From assembly GCF_001457595.1 (NCBI RefSeq), contig NZ_LN831039.1, positions 660,001-692,000 on the forward strand: a DNA stretch of 32,000 nucleotides. The letters are read 5' to 3'. Positions 9,370-18,602 of this stretch are shown piece by piece (the first letter of the stretch is position 1; each line of letters opens with the position of its first letter). This DNA is from Mycolicibacterium smegmatis (lineage in GTDB: Bacteria; Actinomycetota; Actinomycetes; Mycobacteriales; Mycobacteriaceae). The translations under genes were made by a program, and so were the position numbers. The notes beneath the pieces were generated by a model. The model was given only the letters and a program-made list of their open reading frames with translations, did no database searches and had not been told where the DNA came from.

Positions 9370-11026
9370 CCTCGATCCACCGATGAATTGGCTGGTCGCA
9401 GGGTGTCGTGACGAGGAAAGTGCCTTCTGAGCTGTGATGATGAGTGTTCTCTAGGCACTTATCGGCACAACTTCGAAAGGCACTTCCGGTGAAAGTGTCC
9501 CATAGGTTCGCTGCGTCGTCGGCGGTCTTCGATGATGCCCATCTCGTGTCGTGCGCCGGTCTGGTGCCGGTAATGACGCTGGCCACCCAGACCGGGCTGT
9601 CACAGTTGCTGGCCGACAAGGTTCGTATCAGCGAACCACGGATCAAGTCCGGGTCGGCCAACCCGTCGCCGAAGCTGCTCACCGTGGTCGCCGGAATGTG
9701 CGCCGGCGCCGACAGCATTGATGACCTCGACCTCGTGCGTGGCGGCGGGATGAAGACGCTCTTCGATGGGGTCTATGCACCATCGACGATCGGAACACTG
9801 TTGCGGGAGTTCACCTTCGGACACGCACGCCAACTGGAATCAGTCCTGCGTGAGCATCTGGCCGGGCTGTGTGAGCGCGTCGATGTGCTGCCCGGCGCTG
9901 ATGGGCGGGCGTACCTCGACATCGACTCGCTGCTGCGCCCGGTCTATGGCCACGCCAAACAAGGTGCCAGCTACGGGCACACCAAGATCGCCGGCAAGCA
10001 GATCCTGCGCAAAGGACTGGCGCCGTTGATCACCACGATCAGCACCGAGTGCGCCGCCCCGGTGATCACCGGGGCCAGGTTGCGGGCGGGCAAGTCCAAC
10101 TCCGGCAAGGGTGCGGCCCGGATGATCGCCCAAGCCGTGGCCACCGCCCGCGCTGCCGGGGTCACCGGCCAGATTCTGGTGCGTGGTGACTCGGCCTACG
10201 GCAACAGCACCGTGGTGGCCGCCTGCCGCCGCGCCGGCGCCCAGTTCTCGCTGGTGCTGACCAAGACCCGCGCCGTCGCCGCCGCCATCGACGCCATCGA
10301 GGAGACGGCGTGGATCCCGGTCAACTATCCCGGCGCGGTCTGTGACCCCGACACCGGCGCCTGGATCTCTGACGCCGAAGTCGCCGAAACCACCTACACC
10401 GCTTTCAGTTCCACCAAGACCCCGGTCACGGCACGGTTGATCGTGCGTCGGGTCAAAGATGCCCGATTCCCCGACGCGTTGTTTCCGGTGTGGCGGTACC
10501 ACCCGTTCTTCACCGATTCCGACGAACCCGTCGCCGAGGCTGACATCACCCACCGCCGCCACGCCATCATTGAAACCGTGTTCGCCGACCTCATCGACGG
10601 ACCTCTGGCGCATATGCCCTCAGGGCGCTTCGGCGCGAACTCGGCCTGGATCCTGTGCGCCGTGATCGCCCACAACCTGCTACGCGCGGTCGGCGTGCTC
10701 GCCGGAGGCACTCACGCGGTCGCCCGTGGTGCCACCCTGCGCCGCAAGATCGTCAACATCCCGGCCCGACTGGCCCGACCCCAACGTCGACCGATCCTGC
10801 ACCTACCCAGCCACTGGCCCCGGACCGACCACTGGCTCGCACTGTGGCGCAACACCATCGGCTACAGCCCACCCGCCACCGCGACCCACTGACCACCCGC
10901 CGCAAGGCCCGACCGAAACGCCATAGGAAAAGCTGGGCAGACCAGCGGCTACACGCCGCCCACGGCCCACAGCACGGCAAAAATCAGTCCCGAGACACCT
11001 CAACAGGGTCGATCCACGGATCGAGG
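9370..11026 (+). mobile_element. IS1380-family element, copy A
   Basis: Terminal inverted repeat CCTCGATCC ... GGATCGAGG around a 482-aa ORF; flanked by CTAAG (left, 9365-9369) and CTTAG (right, 11027-11031), i.e. not matching. Confidence 0.85.
9489..10892 (+). CDS. IS1380 family transposase (copy A)
   Basis: VKVSHRFAASSAVFDDAHLVSCAGLVPVMTLA..., GADGRAYLDIDSLLRPVYGHAKQGASYGHTKIAGKQ, RGDSAYGNSTVVAACRRAGAQFSLVLTKT, HAIIETVFADLIDGPLAHMPSGRFGANSAW; ~85% similar ORF recurs at 20558-21961. Confidence 0.92.
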   Translation: MKVSHRFAASSAVFDDAHLVSCAGLVPVMTLATQTGLSQLLADKVRISEPRIKSGSANPSPKLLTVVAGMCAGADSIDDLDLVRGGGMKTLFDGVYAPSTIGTLLREFTFGHARQLESVLREHLAGLCERVDVLPGADGRAYLDIDSLLRPVYGHAKQGASYGHTKIAGKQILRKGLAPLITTISTECAAPVITGARLRAGKSNSGKGAARMIAQAVATARAAGVTGQILVRGDSAYGNSTVVAACRRAGAQFSLVLTKTRAVAAAIDAIEETAWIPVNYPGAVCDPDTGAWISDAEVAETTYTAFSSTKTPVTARLIVRRVKDARFPDALFPVWRYHPFFTDSDEPVAEADITHRRHAIIETVFADLIDGPLAHMPSGRFGANSAWILCAVIAHNLLRAVGVLAGGTHAVARGATLRRKIVNIPARLARPQRRPILHLPSHWPRTDHWLALWRNTIGYSPPATATH

Positions 11027-11082
11027 CTTAGCAACTTGGCAACTTGGCTTGATCTCGGGGCGAGAACGGAATCACCTGAACC

Positions 11083-11511
11083 ATGACGACGACGATGGCT
11101 GCTGTGCGCGAGACTGGAGCGGTGGCACCTTCACCGCGATCTGATGGCCCGCGCCGGCGGCGCTCGATTTCTCCGGCGCAGAAGCTGGCCCACCTGGATG
11201 CCTATGAGCAGGCCTGTACGACCAACGATGGTGGGGCGTACCTGCGCGGTGAGGGGTTGTATTCCTCGCAGATCGCCGAGTGGCGCAAACAACGCGATGC
11301 TGGGGTGTTGGAAGGCAAGGCACCTGGGGAGAAGGTCGGTAAACTCACCCGCGAGCAGGCCGAGATCGCCCGCCTGAAAAAGGAACTCGCCCAGGCCAAT
11401 AATCGGCTGGCGACCACCGAGGCTGCCCTGGGGATCATGGGAAAAGCACACGCGCTCTTGGAGTCTCTCTCCGAGAGCGCGGACACCGACACGCCGCCGA
11501 CCAAGCGCTGA
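11083..11511 (+). CDS. IS3-family transposase OrfA (IS3-A1)
   Basis: 142 aa, same sequence as the minus-strand ORF 19946..20374; stop overlaps OrfB start (TGATG). Confidence 0.88.
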   Translation: MTTTMAAVRETGAVAPSPRSDGPRRRRSISPAQKLAHLDAYEQACTTNDGGAYLRGEGLYSSQIAEWRKQRDAGVLEGKAPGEKVGKLTREQAEIARLKKELAQANNRLATTEAALGIMGKAHALLESLSESADTDTPPTKR

Positions 11512-11771
11512 TGGATGCCTACAACGATCTGCGGGATATCCAGATTCCGACCCGCAAGGCCGCGGAGGTGACCGGCATGCACCGCTCGACGGCCACTCGA
11601 CGCGCCAAACCCGCGCCGGCGCCTGCCGATCGGGCACCACGACCGGTCCCGGTCAACAAGCTCACCGAGTCCGAATGCGCCCGGGTGGTTGAGGTGCTCA
11701 ACAGTGCCCGGTTCGTCGATGCCGCGCCGATGCAGGTGTGGGCCACGTTGCTCGATGAAGGCAGCTACCTG
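11511..11771 (+). pseudogene. IS3-family transposase OrfB (IS3-A1), 5' part, interrupted by IS3-B
   Basis: MDAYNDLRDIQIPTRKAAEVTGMHRSTATRR...DEGSYL then continues as CSVSTMYRVLN at 14498; intact version at 18933..19946. Confidence 0.9.
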
Positions 11772-11841
11772 GGGTCTGCTGCACGAATAGGTGACATCTG
11801 AGTTGGCTTGCCCAGCGTGGGCAGGCTGGAAGGATGTCCCC

Positions 11842-12150
11842 ATGGCAAGGCCCTACCCCCGTGAGTTCCGCGATGATGTCGTGCGCGTGGCTCGCAACCG
11901 CGATGACGGGGTGACGATCGAGCAGATCGCCACCGATTTCGGTGTCCATCCGATGACCTTGCACAAGTGGATGCGCCAGGCTGATATCGACGAAGGCGCC
12001 ACGCCTGGCAAGAGCACCGGCGAGTCTGCTGAGCTGCGTGAGGCCCGGCGGCGGATCAAGCTGCTCGAGCAGGAGAACGAGGTCCTGCGCCGGGCCACGG
12101 CCTATCTGTCACAGGCCAACCTCCCGGGAAAAGGCTCTACCCGCTCGTAA
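11842..12150 (+). CDS. IS3-family transposase OrfA (IS3-B)
   Basis: MARPYPREFRDDVVRVARNRDDGVTIEQIATDFGVHPMTLHKWMRQADIDEG..., HTH_Tnp_1 type with leucine-rich coiled-coil tail. Confidence 0.92.
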   Translation: MARPYPREFRDDVVRVARNRDDGVTIEQIATDFGVHPMTLHKWMRQADIDEGATPGKSTGESAELREARRRIKLLEQENEVLRRATAYLSQANLPGKGSTRS

Positions 12151-12716
12151 GTGAGCTCGCCGCCGACGGGATCCCCGTCGCGGTGACGTGCCGGGTCCTC
12201 AAGCTCGCCCGCCAGCCGTACTACCGTTGGCGCGCCAATCCGATTACTGATGCGGAGATCATCGAGGCATATCGCGCCAACGCCCTGTTCGACGCCCACC
12301 GCGACGATCCCGAGTTCGGCTACCGCTACCTGGTCGAGGAGGCCCGCGACGCTGGCGAGACGATGGCCGAGCGCACGGCTTGGCGGATCTGCTCACAGAA
12401 TCGGTTGTGGAGCGTGTTCGGCAAGAAGCGCGGCAAGAACGGCAAGGTCGGCCCGCCGGTGCACGATGATCTTGTCGAACGCGACTTCACCGCGCAGGAG
12501 CCAAATCAGTTGTGGCTCAGTGACATCACTGAGCACCGCACCGGAGAGGGCAAGCTCTACCTCTGTGCGATCAAGGACGTGTTCTCCAACCGGATCGTCG
12601 GCTACAGCATCGATGACCGGATGAAGTCACAACTGGCCATCCGGGCACTACACAGCGCGGTGGCCCGACGCCGAGATGTCGCAGGGTGCATTCTGCACTC
12701 GGATCGCGGATCTCAG
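12129..12716 (+). pseudogene. IS3-family transposase OrfB (IS3-B), 5' part, interrupted by IS30 element; likely expressed by -1 frameshift before interruption
   Basis: LYPLVSELAADGIPVAVTCRVLKLARQPYYRW ... LWLSDITEHRTGEGKLYLCAIKDVFSNRIVGYSIDDRM ... CILHSDRGSQ; open frame is -1 relative to orfA with A AAA G at 12129-12133. Confidence 0.9.
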
Positions 12717-14171
12717 GGCGGATTCAATCGGTGGTCGCAACACCGGCTTGATGAAGTGAGTGTAGGTGTTCGGCGAAGGCTTCCGCGGGAGTGCGCCAGC
12801 CGAGGGTTTTCCGCGGCCTGGTGTTGAGGGTATGGGCGATCGCTGCCACGTCCTCGGCCGACCATCTTGAGAGGTCGGTCCCTTTTGGAAAGTATTGGCG
12901 TAACAGGCCATTGGTGTTCTCATTGGTACCGCGCTGCCACGGACTCTTCGGATCAGCGAAGAACACCTTGACTCCGGAGGCGACCGAGAACTGGGCGTGC
13001 GCCGACAGTTCCTTGCCCCGGTCCCAGGTCAACGACCGACGCAGTTGCGCGGGCAACGTGGTGATCGTCTGTTCCAGAGCGTTGGCCATCGTGATGGCGC
13101 CATAGCCGGCCAACGCCGGCCCGTTCTTGGTCCGCGGAATTATCCCGTAACCAACTTCACGTGGCAGATGGACCAGCATGGTGAACCGGCTGCTGCGCTC
13201 GACCAGCGTGCCGATTGCACTGCGCTGCAAGCCAATCAGGAGATCACCCTCCCAATGTCCGGGAACAGCGCGATCATCGACCTCGGGTGGGCGTTGGCTG
13301 ATCAACGTCTCAGGGGTGACATGGGCCCACGCCTTGGACCGCGTTCGTGCCCGCGGTACCCGCAGTGCCCGGCCTCGGCGCAGGCAGCTGACCAGATCCC
13401 GCTTCAGCGCACCGCGAGATTCGACGTACAGCGCTTGATAGATGGCCTCGTGGCTGATCCGCATAGTCACATCATCGGGGAAGTCCAGCGGGAGCCGTCG
13501 AGCGATCTGTTCTGGACTCCATGCCTGCACCCAGGCCCGATCACCCCGGTGCGGCTTGTTGCGTCCCTTCCACGGGGCGGCGGCGGGACCGACGATGACC
13601 TGGCCATCAGCGCCGCGAACGACGCCGGACAGTTTGTCCTGGACGTACTGACGCAGCCGGTCGTTGCTAACGAGCTTGGCGGTCTTGGGGCGGCGGGCGC
13701 GCCGCTCGGCGTGCCACTGCGCAGTGGAGGCCTTATAGTCGAGTCGATAGGTGCGGGTCGAGGCATTGCGGCGCAACTCCCGTGAGATGGTCGACGGTGC
13801 ACGCTTGAGCCGCCGGGCGATCTCACGCACCCCGGCGCCCTGGGCGCGCCACAACGCGATGTTCTCACGTTCATCCGAGGACAGGTAACGTCCCGAAACT
13901 GTTTCTGGCAAGCATGGATTCACTCCACCAGCGTGACGGAACCAGCGGAACCCAACCGGCGACGACACGCCCGCTTCGGCAGCGGCGTCCTCAGTCATAG
14001 CCCCCGCAGCGATCGCCGCCCAGAACCTCACCCGATCCTGACGCCACGCCACCGACGGCCGACCCGGAGACGGAATCTGTCCCCGATACAACCGAACCGC
14101 CCGCTGCCGATCCAACACACCCATTCCACACCTCCATAATCGAGGTGTTGCGACGATCAGTTGAATCCGCC
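12717..14171 (-). mobile_element. IS30-family element inserted in IS3-B orfB
   Basis: Ends GGCGGATTCAATCGGTGGTCGCAACACC / GGTGTTGCGACGATCAGTTGAATCCGCC (imperfect TIR); 3-bp TSD CAG at 12714-12716 and 14172-14174; removing it restores OrfB ...HSDRGSQ|FRSRKFVHALSHHEMVGSMGRV... Confidence 0.93.
12724..14124 (-). CDS. IS30 family transposase
   Basis: SSDERENIALWRAQGAGVREIARRLKRAPSTISRELRRN, GHWEGDLLIGLQRSAIGTLVERSSRFTMLVHLP, KVFFADPKSPWQRGTNENTNGLLRQYFPKGTDLS; start at MGVLDRQRAV. Confidence 0.95.
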   Translation of the reverse strand: MGVLDRQRAVRLYRGQIPSPGRPSVAWRQDRVRFWAAIAAGAMTEDAAAEAGVSSPVGFRWFRHAGGVNPCLPETVSGRYLSSDERENIALWRAQGAGVREIARRLKRAPSTISRELRRNASTRTYRLDYKASTAQWHAERRARRPKTAKLVSNDRLRQYVQDKLSGVVRGADGQVIVGPAAAPWKGRNKPHRGDRAWVQAWSPEQIARRLPLDFPDDVTMRISHEAIYQALYVESRGALKRDLVSCLRRGRALRVPRARTRSKAWAHVTPETLISQRPPEVDDRAVPGHWEGDLLIGLQRSAIGTLVERSSRFTMLVHLPREVGYGIIPRTKNGPALAGYGAITMANALEQTITTLPAQLRRSLTWDRGKELSAHAQFSVASGVKVFFADPKSPWQRGTNENTNGLLRQYFPKGTDLSRWSAEDVAAIAHTLNTRPRKTLGWRTPAEAFAEHLHSLHQAGVATTD

Positions 14172-14174
14172 CAG

Positions 14175-14462
14175 TTCCGGTCAAGGAAATTCGTGCACGC
14201 ATTGAGTCACCACGAGATGGTCGGCTCCATGGGCCGTGTCGGGGCCGCCGGCGACAACGCCGCCATGGAGAGCTTCTTTAGCCTGCTGCAGAAGAACGTG
14301 CTGGACCGCCGCCGCTGGGACACCCGTGAACAGCTGCGGATCGCGATCGTCACCTGGATCGAACGCACCTACCATCGGCGCCGCCGACAGTCCGGCCTCG
14401 GGCGGTTGACCCCGATTGAATTCGAAGCAATCATGACCACACCGGCCAGTCAGGCCGCGTGA
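14175..14462 (+). pseudogene. IS3-family transposase OrfB (IS3-B), 3' part
   Basis: FRSRKFVHALSHHEMVGSMGRVGAAGDNAAMESFFSLLQKNVLDRRRWDTREQLRIAIVTWIERTYHRRRRQSGLGRLTPIEFE; directly continues the 12129-12716 fragment. Confidence 0.9.
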
Positions 14463-14497
14463 CCGAAACTGTCACCTGATCGTGCAGCAGACCCCTG

Positions 14498-15250
14498 TGT
14501 TCGGTGTCGACGATGTACCGCGTCCTCAATGCCAACAAGCTGGTCAAGGAGCGCCGTCGGCTGGCCCGGCACCGCAAAGCGGTCTGCCCGGAACTGGTGG
14601 CCACCGCGCCGCGGCAGGTGTATTCGTGGGACATCACCAAACTGGCCGGCCCGGTCAAAGGGGTCTACTACGACGCCTACGTGATGATCGACATTTACTC
14701 GCGTTACATCGTCGGGGTCCATGTGCACGCCCGCGAATGCGGCCAGCTGGCCAAGGAGATGATGGAACAGATCTTCGGCACCTACGGCATCCCACACGTC
14801 GTGCACGCTGATCGGGGCACCTCGATGACCAGCAACACCGTCGCCGGACTGCTCTCGGATCTGGGCGTCATCCGCTCGCATTCGCGGCCCAAGGTATCCA
14901 ACGACAACCCCTACAGCGAGTCCTGGTTCAAGACCTTGAAGTATGCGCCGGCGTTCCCGGAACGCTTCGAATCCATCCATCACGCGAGGGATTTCATGGA
15001 CCGATTCGTGCAGTGGTACAACCATGAACACCGCCACAGCGGCATCGGGCTGCACACACCCGCCGATGTGTTCTACGGCCTCGCCGGCGGGAAAGACACC
15101 CAGCGCCGAGCCGTGCTCGCCGACGCCAGGGCGCGCCACCCACGCCGATTCGGCCGCGACACCGCACCCAAGGTCATCGACCTACCTGAATCCGCGGCGA
15201 TCAACCCACCCAAACCGGCCGAACAGGAGACCGAAACGGAAGCCGCTTAA
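14498..15250 (+). pseudogene. IS3-family transposase OrfB (IS3-A1), 3' part
   Basis: CSVSTMYRVLNANKLVKERRRLARHRKAVCPELV ... WDITKLAGPVKGVYYDAYVMIDIYSRYIVG ... HADRGTSMTS ... ESWFKTLKYAP; one aa change (NDNPY vs NDNPF) against intact copy. Confidence 0.9.
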
Positions 15251-15363
15251 CACCCACTGGACTCAAACACCTTGACAAATTCCGCAGGCGGGCCTTCTCA
15301 GGCCGAGAATCTCACACGGCTGACGCGGGCGGGATGGAACACCCCGCACACCGCGGATCCACC

Positions 15364-15792
15364 TCAGATCGCGGTGGGTTCGACTCCGATCTGAGACATC
15401 GCCAACGTCGGGTTGTAGTGGTCACGAATCACTGTGACTTTGCCGTCGGCGACCTCACAGAACATCGCAAACGGTAGTTCGACTTTGCGACCCGTGGCGG
15501 CAACCTCACCCCACGGTGTCGGCATCGGGCCGGTATGAGTGCCCCGCAAGATGAAGTCTCCCGCTGCGTGTGTGGAATCCCCCACCACGGCCAGTATCTC
15601 GACTGCAAAATCTGAGAATGCGTTACGCCAGTTCTGGTCGCCCCGAACGAAGGCGTCTGCACCCGTGCTAATTTCGCTTCCTGACGCAATGTCCACAACG
15701 ACGACATCGTCGCTCACCATCTGGCGAAGTTTCGGCCAGTCACCGGCATTGAAGGCCTCGGCCAGTTGGCGTAGGACCGGTGCAGTGCTCAA
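15364..15792 (-). CDS. SnoaL-like / NTF2-fold family protein
   Basis: LRQLAEAFNAGDWPKLRQMVSDDVVVVDIASGSEISTGADAFVRGDQNWRNAFSDFAVEILAVVGD...HTGPMPTPWGEVAATGRKVELPFAMFCEVADGKVTVIRDHYN; probable TTG start at 15792 preceded by AAGGAG. Confidence 0.8.
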   Translation of the reverse strand: MSTAPVLRQLAEAFNAGDWPKLRQMVSDDVVVVDIASGSEISTGADAFVRGDQNWRNAFSDFAVEILAVVGDSTHAAGDFILRGTHTGPMPTPWGEVAATGRKVELPFAMFCEVADGKVTVIRDHYNPTLAMSQIGVEPTAI

Positions 15793-16106
15793 TTTGTTCT
15801 CCTTGAATGCCGGAGCCGAACTGCCAGAGGGCCAGTGACCCCTGACACATGACTGCGCTGTGGAAGTTGTTGTGCGGACTAGGAACAAACGTAGGACCGT
15901 CGTCTTCTGGGTCTTAGCAACCGACTGTCACAAGCTTGGGGCAAACAGCCGACACTCCGTCACTATCGGTCCCCCGCAGAATGAGATCACGGAAACTTTG
16001 GGCTCCGATTGGGGCGCCGAGCGGGCGACAAGGCGTCAAGTTCATAAGGCCATGCCATGGCACTTCGTCTAGTGTCACTGCGCTCGATGGACTGGAAACT
16101 TCCTAC

Positions 16107-17333
16107 ATGACATCCATCACACCGCCGCACGAGAGCCGTTCCAGCACAGGACTTCCAGCGATGCCAGATCAGACGGAGCTCTTGCCGTTCTATCACCCGG
16201 AGCTCCTGGACAAGCCGTATCCACACTTCCGTCGGCTCCGCGATGAATTTCCAGTTCTCAGGCTGGATGACGGCACGTACGTACTCTCGCGGTACGAAGA
16301 CGTCTCCGCGGCTTTGCGCCACACGGTGAGCTCGGTGCAGCAGGTCGATTTCGGTGCTTTCGATATCCTCCACTCCTCCCTTGTCGGTATGGACGCGCCT
16401 GCTCACACCTTTCACCGACGACTTGTGAACAGCCACTTCACCCCCAAGTCGATACGCAACTGGATGGCCACCACCGCATCCGTGGTCCACCAGGCACTTT
16501 CGGCGTCGAAGCCTTCCGGTCAGGTCGAGGCTGTACGTGAATTATGTGTCGTCCCAACGTATGCAACGACGTGCGCCATCCTGGGTATCCCTGCTGAGCA
16601 TGCAGATGAAGTTCGTTACTACACGTATCAGTTTGCTCGTGGCTTCGGCCTTGTTGCCAGCGAAGACGACCTTCGGGCCGGCGCCGAGGGCAGTGAGTGG
16701 CTGACAAACCACTGCGACGAGGTGATCGAGCGAGCGCACCGAGAGGCCCGAGCGGGCGTTGTCGCCACCTATCTCGCGGTCGAGGAGCGTGGTGAGATAA
16801 CCCGGCGGGAAGTTACGGCGAACGTACTGCTCTTCTTGGCAGCCGGTCAGTTCTCGCCCGCCAACCTCGCTGCGCACGGATTGGAGCGCATGGCCTCGGA
16901 CCCCGAGCTTTTCGCCGCTTTTCGTGACGATGCCGCAGTCCGTCCCAAGGTCGTGAACGAACTGCTCCGGTTTGTCACGCCGGAGGTTGGGGTGACGCGT
17001 CTGTTGCTTGAGGATCTCGACGCGTCCGGCACTGTCATCCCGGCCGGCACGACGGTATACGTGTTGCTCGCATCTGCCAATCGCGACGAGCGTGTGTTCC
17101 CAGACCCGGACCGGTTCGATTATCACCGCTCGGTTCAGGGCAGTCCGCATCTCGCCTTTGCCGCTGGACTGCACGCGTGTATGGGGCAAGTCCTGGCACG
17201 GCAGGAAACCGAGGCCATCCTGACGGCGGTGGTCGACCGCTGCGCGCGGATCGAACTCATCGGCAAGCCCGAGTACAACAGCATTCAACATGCACGGCAA
17301 TGGAGAACCATGGATCTTCAACTGACCTTCTGA
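16107..17333 (+). CDS. cytochrome P450
   Basis: K-helix ELLR, C-terminal RDERVFPDPDRFDYHR and heme-ligand region FAAGLHACMGQVLARQE (17157-17186); start placed at MTSITPP. Confidence 0.93.
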   Translation: MTSITPPHESRSSTGLPAMPDQTELLPFYHPELLDKPYPHFRRLRDEFPVLRLDDGTYVLSRYEDVSAALRHTVSSVQQVDFGAFDILHSSLVGMDAPAHTFHRRLVNSHFTPKSIRNWMATTASVVHQALSASKPSGQVEAVRELCVVPTYATTCAILGIPAEHADEVRYYTYQFARGFGLVASEDDLRAGAEGSEWLTNHCDEVIERAHREARAGVVATYLAVEERGEITRREVTANVLLFLAAGQFSPANLAAHGLERMASDPELFAAFRDDAAVRPKVVNELLRFVTPEVGVTRLLLEDLDASGTVIPAGTTVYVLLASANRDERVFPDPDRFDYHRSVQGSPHLAFAAGLHACMGQVLARQETEAILTAVVDRCARIELIGKPEYNSIQHARQWRTMDLQLTF

Positions 17334-17357
17334 CCGGGCGTTCGTCGGCCATACGCA

Positions 17358-18602
17358 TCAATCGCCACTGTTGTTCATCACGACCGGTTCGCGCTCCTTG
17401 ATGAACACTGGCGAAATGGCGCACAGGAAAAGAGTCGCGACGGTAACCGCGACGAACCCGCCGGTGAAGCTGCCCGTGGCGTCTTTGACAAGTCCCACGA
17501 TGTATGGGTACGCAAAACCACTGACGATCCAGGGGACGCCGAGTACAACGCCGTTCACCACACCTGAATGTTCTGCGCGAACCGACTCGACTGCCTCTGC
17601 CAGAATCAGTGGTTCGCCCGCGTACACACCAAGCCCGAGTATCGGAATGCAGAGTGCGACCAGGAGGTAGTTGTCCACCGCAATGGACAGTGTCATGACA
17701 GCGACTGCGGCTACCGTCACGATCCCACCCAGCAAGATGACACGCTTTTTGCTGCCGAGACGCTCCGCGACGATCGGGCCACCGAATGCAGCGGCCATGC
17801 CGGCGATCGAGAAAAGAGCGGTGACAAGGCCTGCCACGGCCTCCGTGAAACCAGCATTCTCGACAAGGACGGCCGGCATCCAACTCGCGATTGCGGAAAA
17901 CAGGCCGACGCCGCCGATCCAGAAGATCGTTGCTGACAATACATTTCGGTTGAGTAGGGACCGAACGGGTGACTGCTCCGGTCGCATCGTTTGCAGACCC
18001 GGATTGCCGGCCCCAACTCGGACCAGGTCCTCTTGAACTGGCGGTGCATTCTTGGAGACGAAGAGAACGAGGAGAAGCACGGCGGCCAGACACAAGGCCT
18101 GCACGTTCAAACCCATCCGCCAGCCGAAGGCGCTCAAAATCGCGGAGAAAGCGAAGAGACCCAAGACTGCGCCTACTCCGTCCCCTGACATCATGATGCC
18201 GACAGCGCGTCCGACCTGTTTGCTTTCTCGGAACCAGCCCACCGCCATGGTGTAGGTAGCAACCCATAGGAATCCCACCGCGATTCCGGCGAGAATCCTG
18301 GCGACTGTGACCATCGCGAACCCATCCGAGAAGGCGAAGACCACCTGCGCGATAACGCCGGCGGCCAAACCTGAGGCGATCACGTTTTTGCTGCCCCAGC
18401 GAGTGGCGATGACACCACCGAGAAGAATCATCACTCCGGCGACAAGACCGGTGACAGAAGAGATGCCTCCGGCTTGCGAGTAACTCAAACCGAGGTCCTC
18501 GCTGATGGCGCCCAAGCTGGGGCTCCATCCGACATACGGCAGGAACCCGGCCACGAGCGCCAGATATGCGGCGGACAAGTTAACCCACCTGTTGTTCGAC
18601 AT
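17358..18602 (-). CDS. MFS transporter
   Basis: 414 aa with about 12 hydrophobic segments; GGVIATRWGSKNVI and GWFRESKQVGRAVGIMMSGDGVG typical of MFS; GGAGG before ATG at 18602. Confidence 0.9.
   Translation of the reverse strand: MSNNRWVNLSAAYLALVAGFLPYVGWSPSLGAISEDLGLSYSQAGGISSVTGLVAGVMILLGGVIATRWGSKNVIASGLAAGVIAQVVFAFSDGFAMVTVARILAGIAVGFLWVATYTMAVGWFRESKQVGRAVGIMMSGDGVGAVLGLFAFSAILSAFGWRMGLNVQALCLAAVLLLVLFVSKNAPPVQEDLVRVGAGNPGLQTMRPEQSPVRSLLNRNVLSATIFWIGGVGLFSAIASWMPAVLVENAGFTEAVAGLVTALFSIAGMAAAFGGPIVAERLGSKKRVILLGGIVTVAAVAVMTLSIAVDNYLLVALCIPILGLGVYAGEPLILAEAVESVRAEHSGVVNGVVLGVPWIVSGFAYPYIVGLVKDATGSFTGGFVAVTVATLFLCAISPVFIKEREPVVMNNSGD

Larger units (their letters stand above)
11772..14494 (+). 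mobile_element. IS3-family element, inner copy (IS3-B), net about 1265 bp, itself interrupted by an IS30-family element
   Basis: Perfect 15-bp TIR GGGTCTGCTGCACGA at both ends; 3-bp TSD CTG at 11769-11771 and 14495-14497; orfA and split orfB inside. Confidence 0.93.
11032..15280 (+). mobile_element. IS3-family element, outer copy (IS3-A1), split by nested insertions; ends approximate
   Basis: orfA/orfB sequences match the intact inverted copy at about 18902-20432; continuity broken at 11771/14498 by an inserted element with TSD CTG. Confidence 0.85.

Noticed and set aside
8479-9411. Full 310-aa ORF as an intact protein
   Set aside because: The last residues (PRSTDELAGRRVS) are encoded by the IS1380 terminus; the gene homology ends at about 9369.
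17257-18528. 423-aa minus-strand ORF overlapping the MFS transporter in another frame
   Set aside because: Same-strand out-of-frame ORF typical of high-GC DNA, with Arg/Gly/Ser-rich low-information protein. The 17358..18602 frame has MFS features and a good ribosome-binding site.
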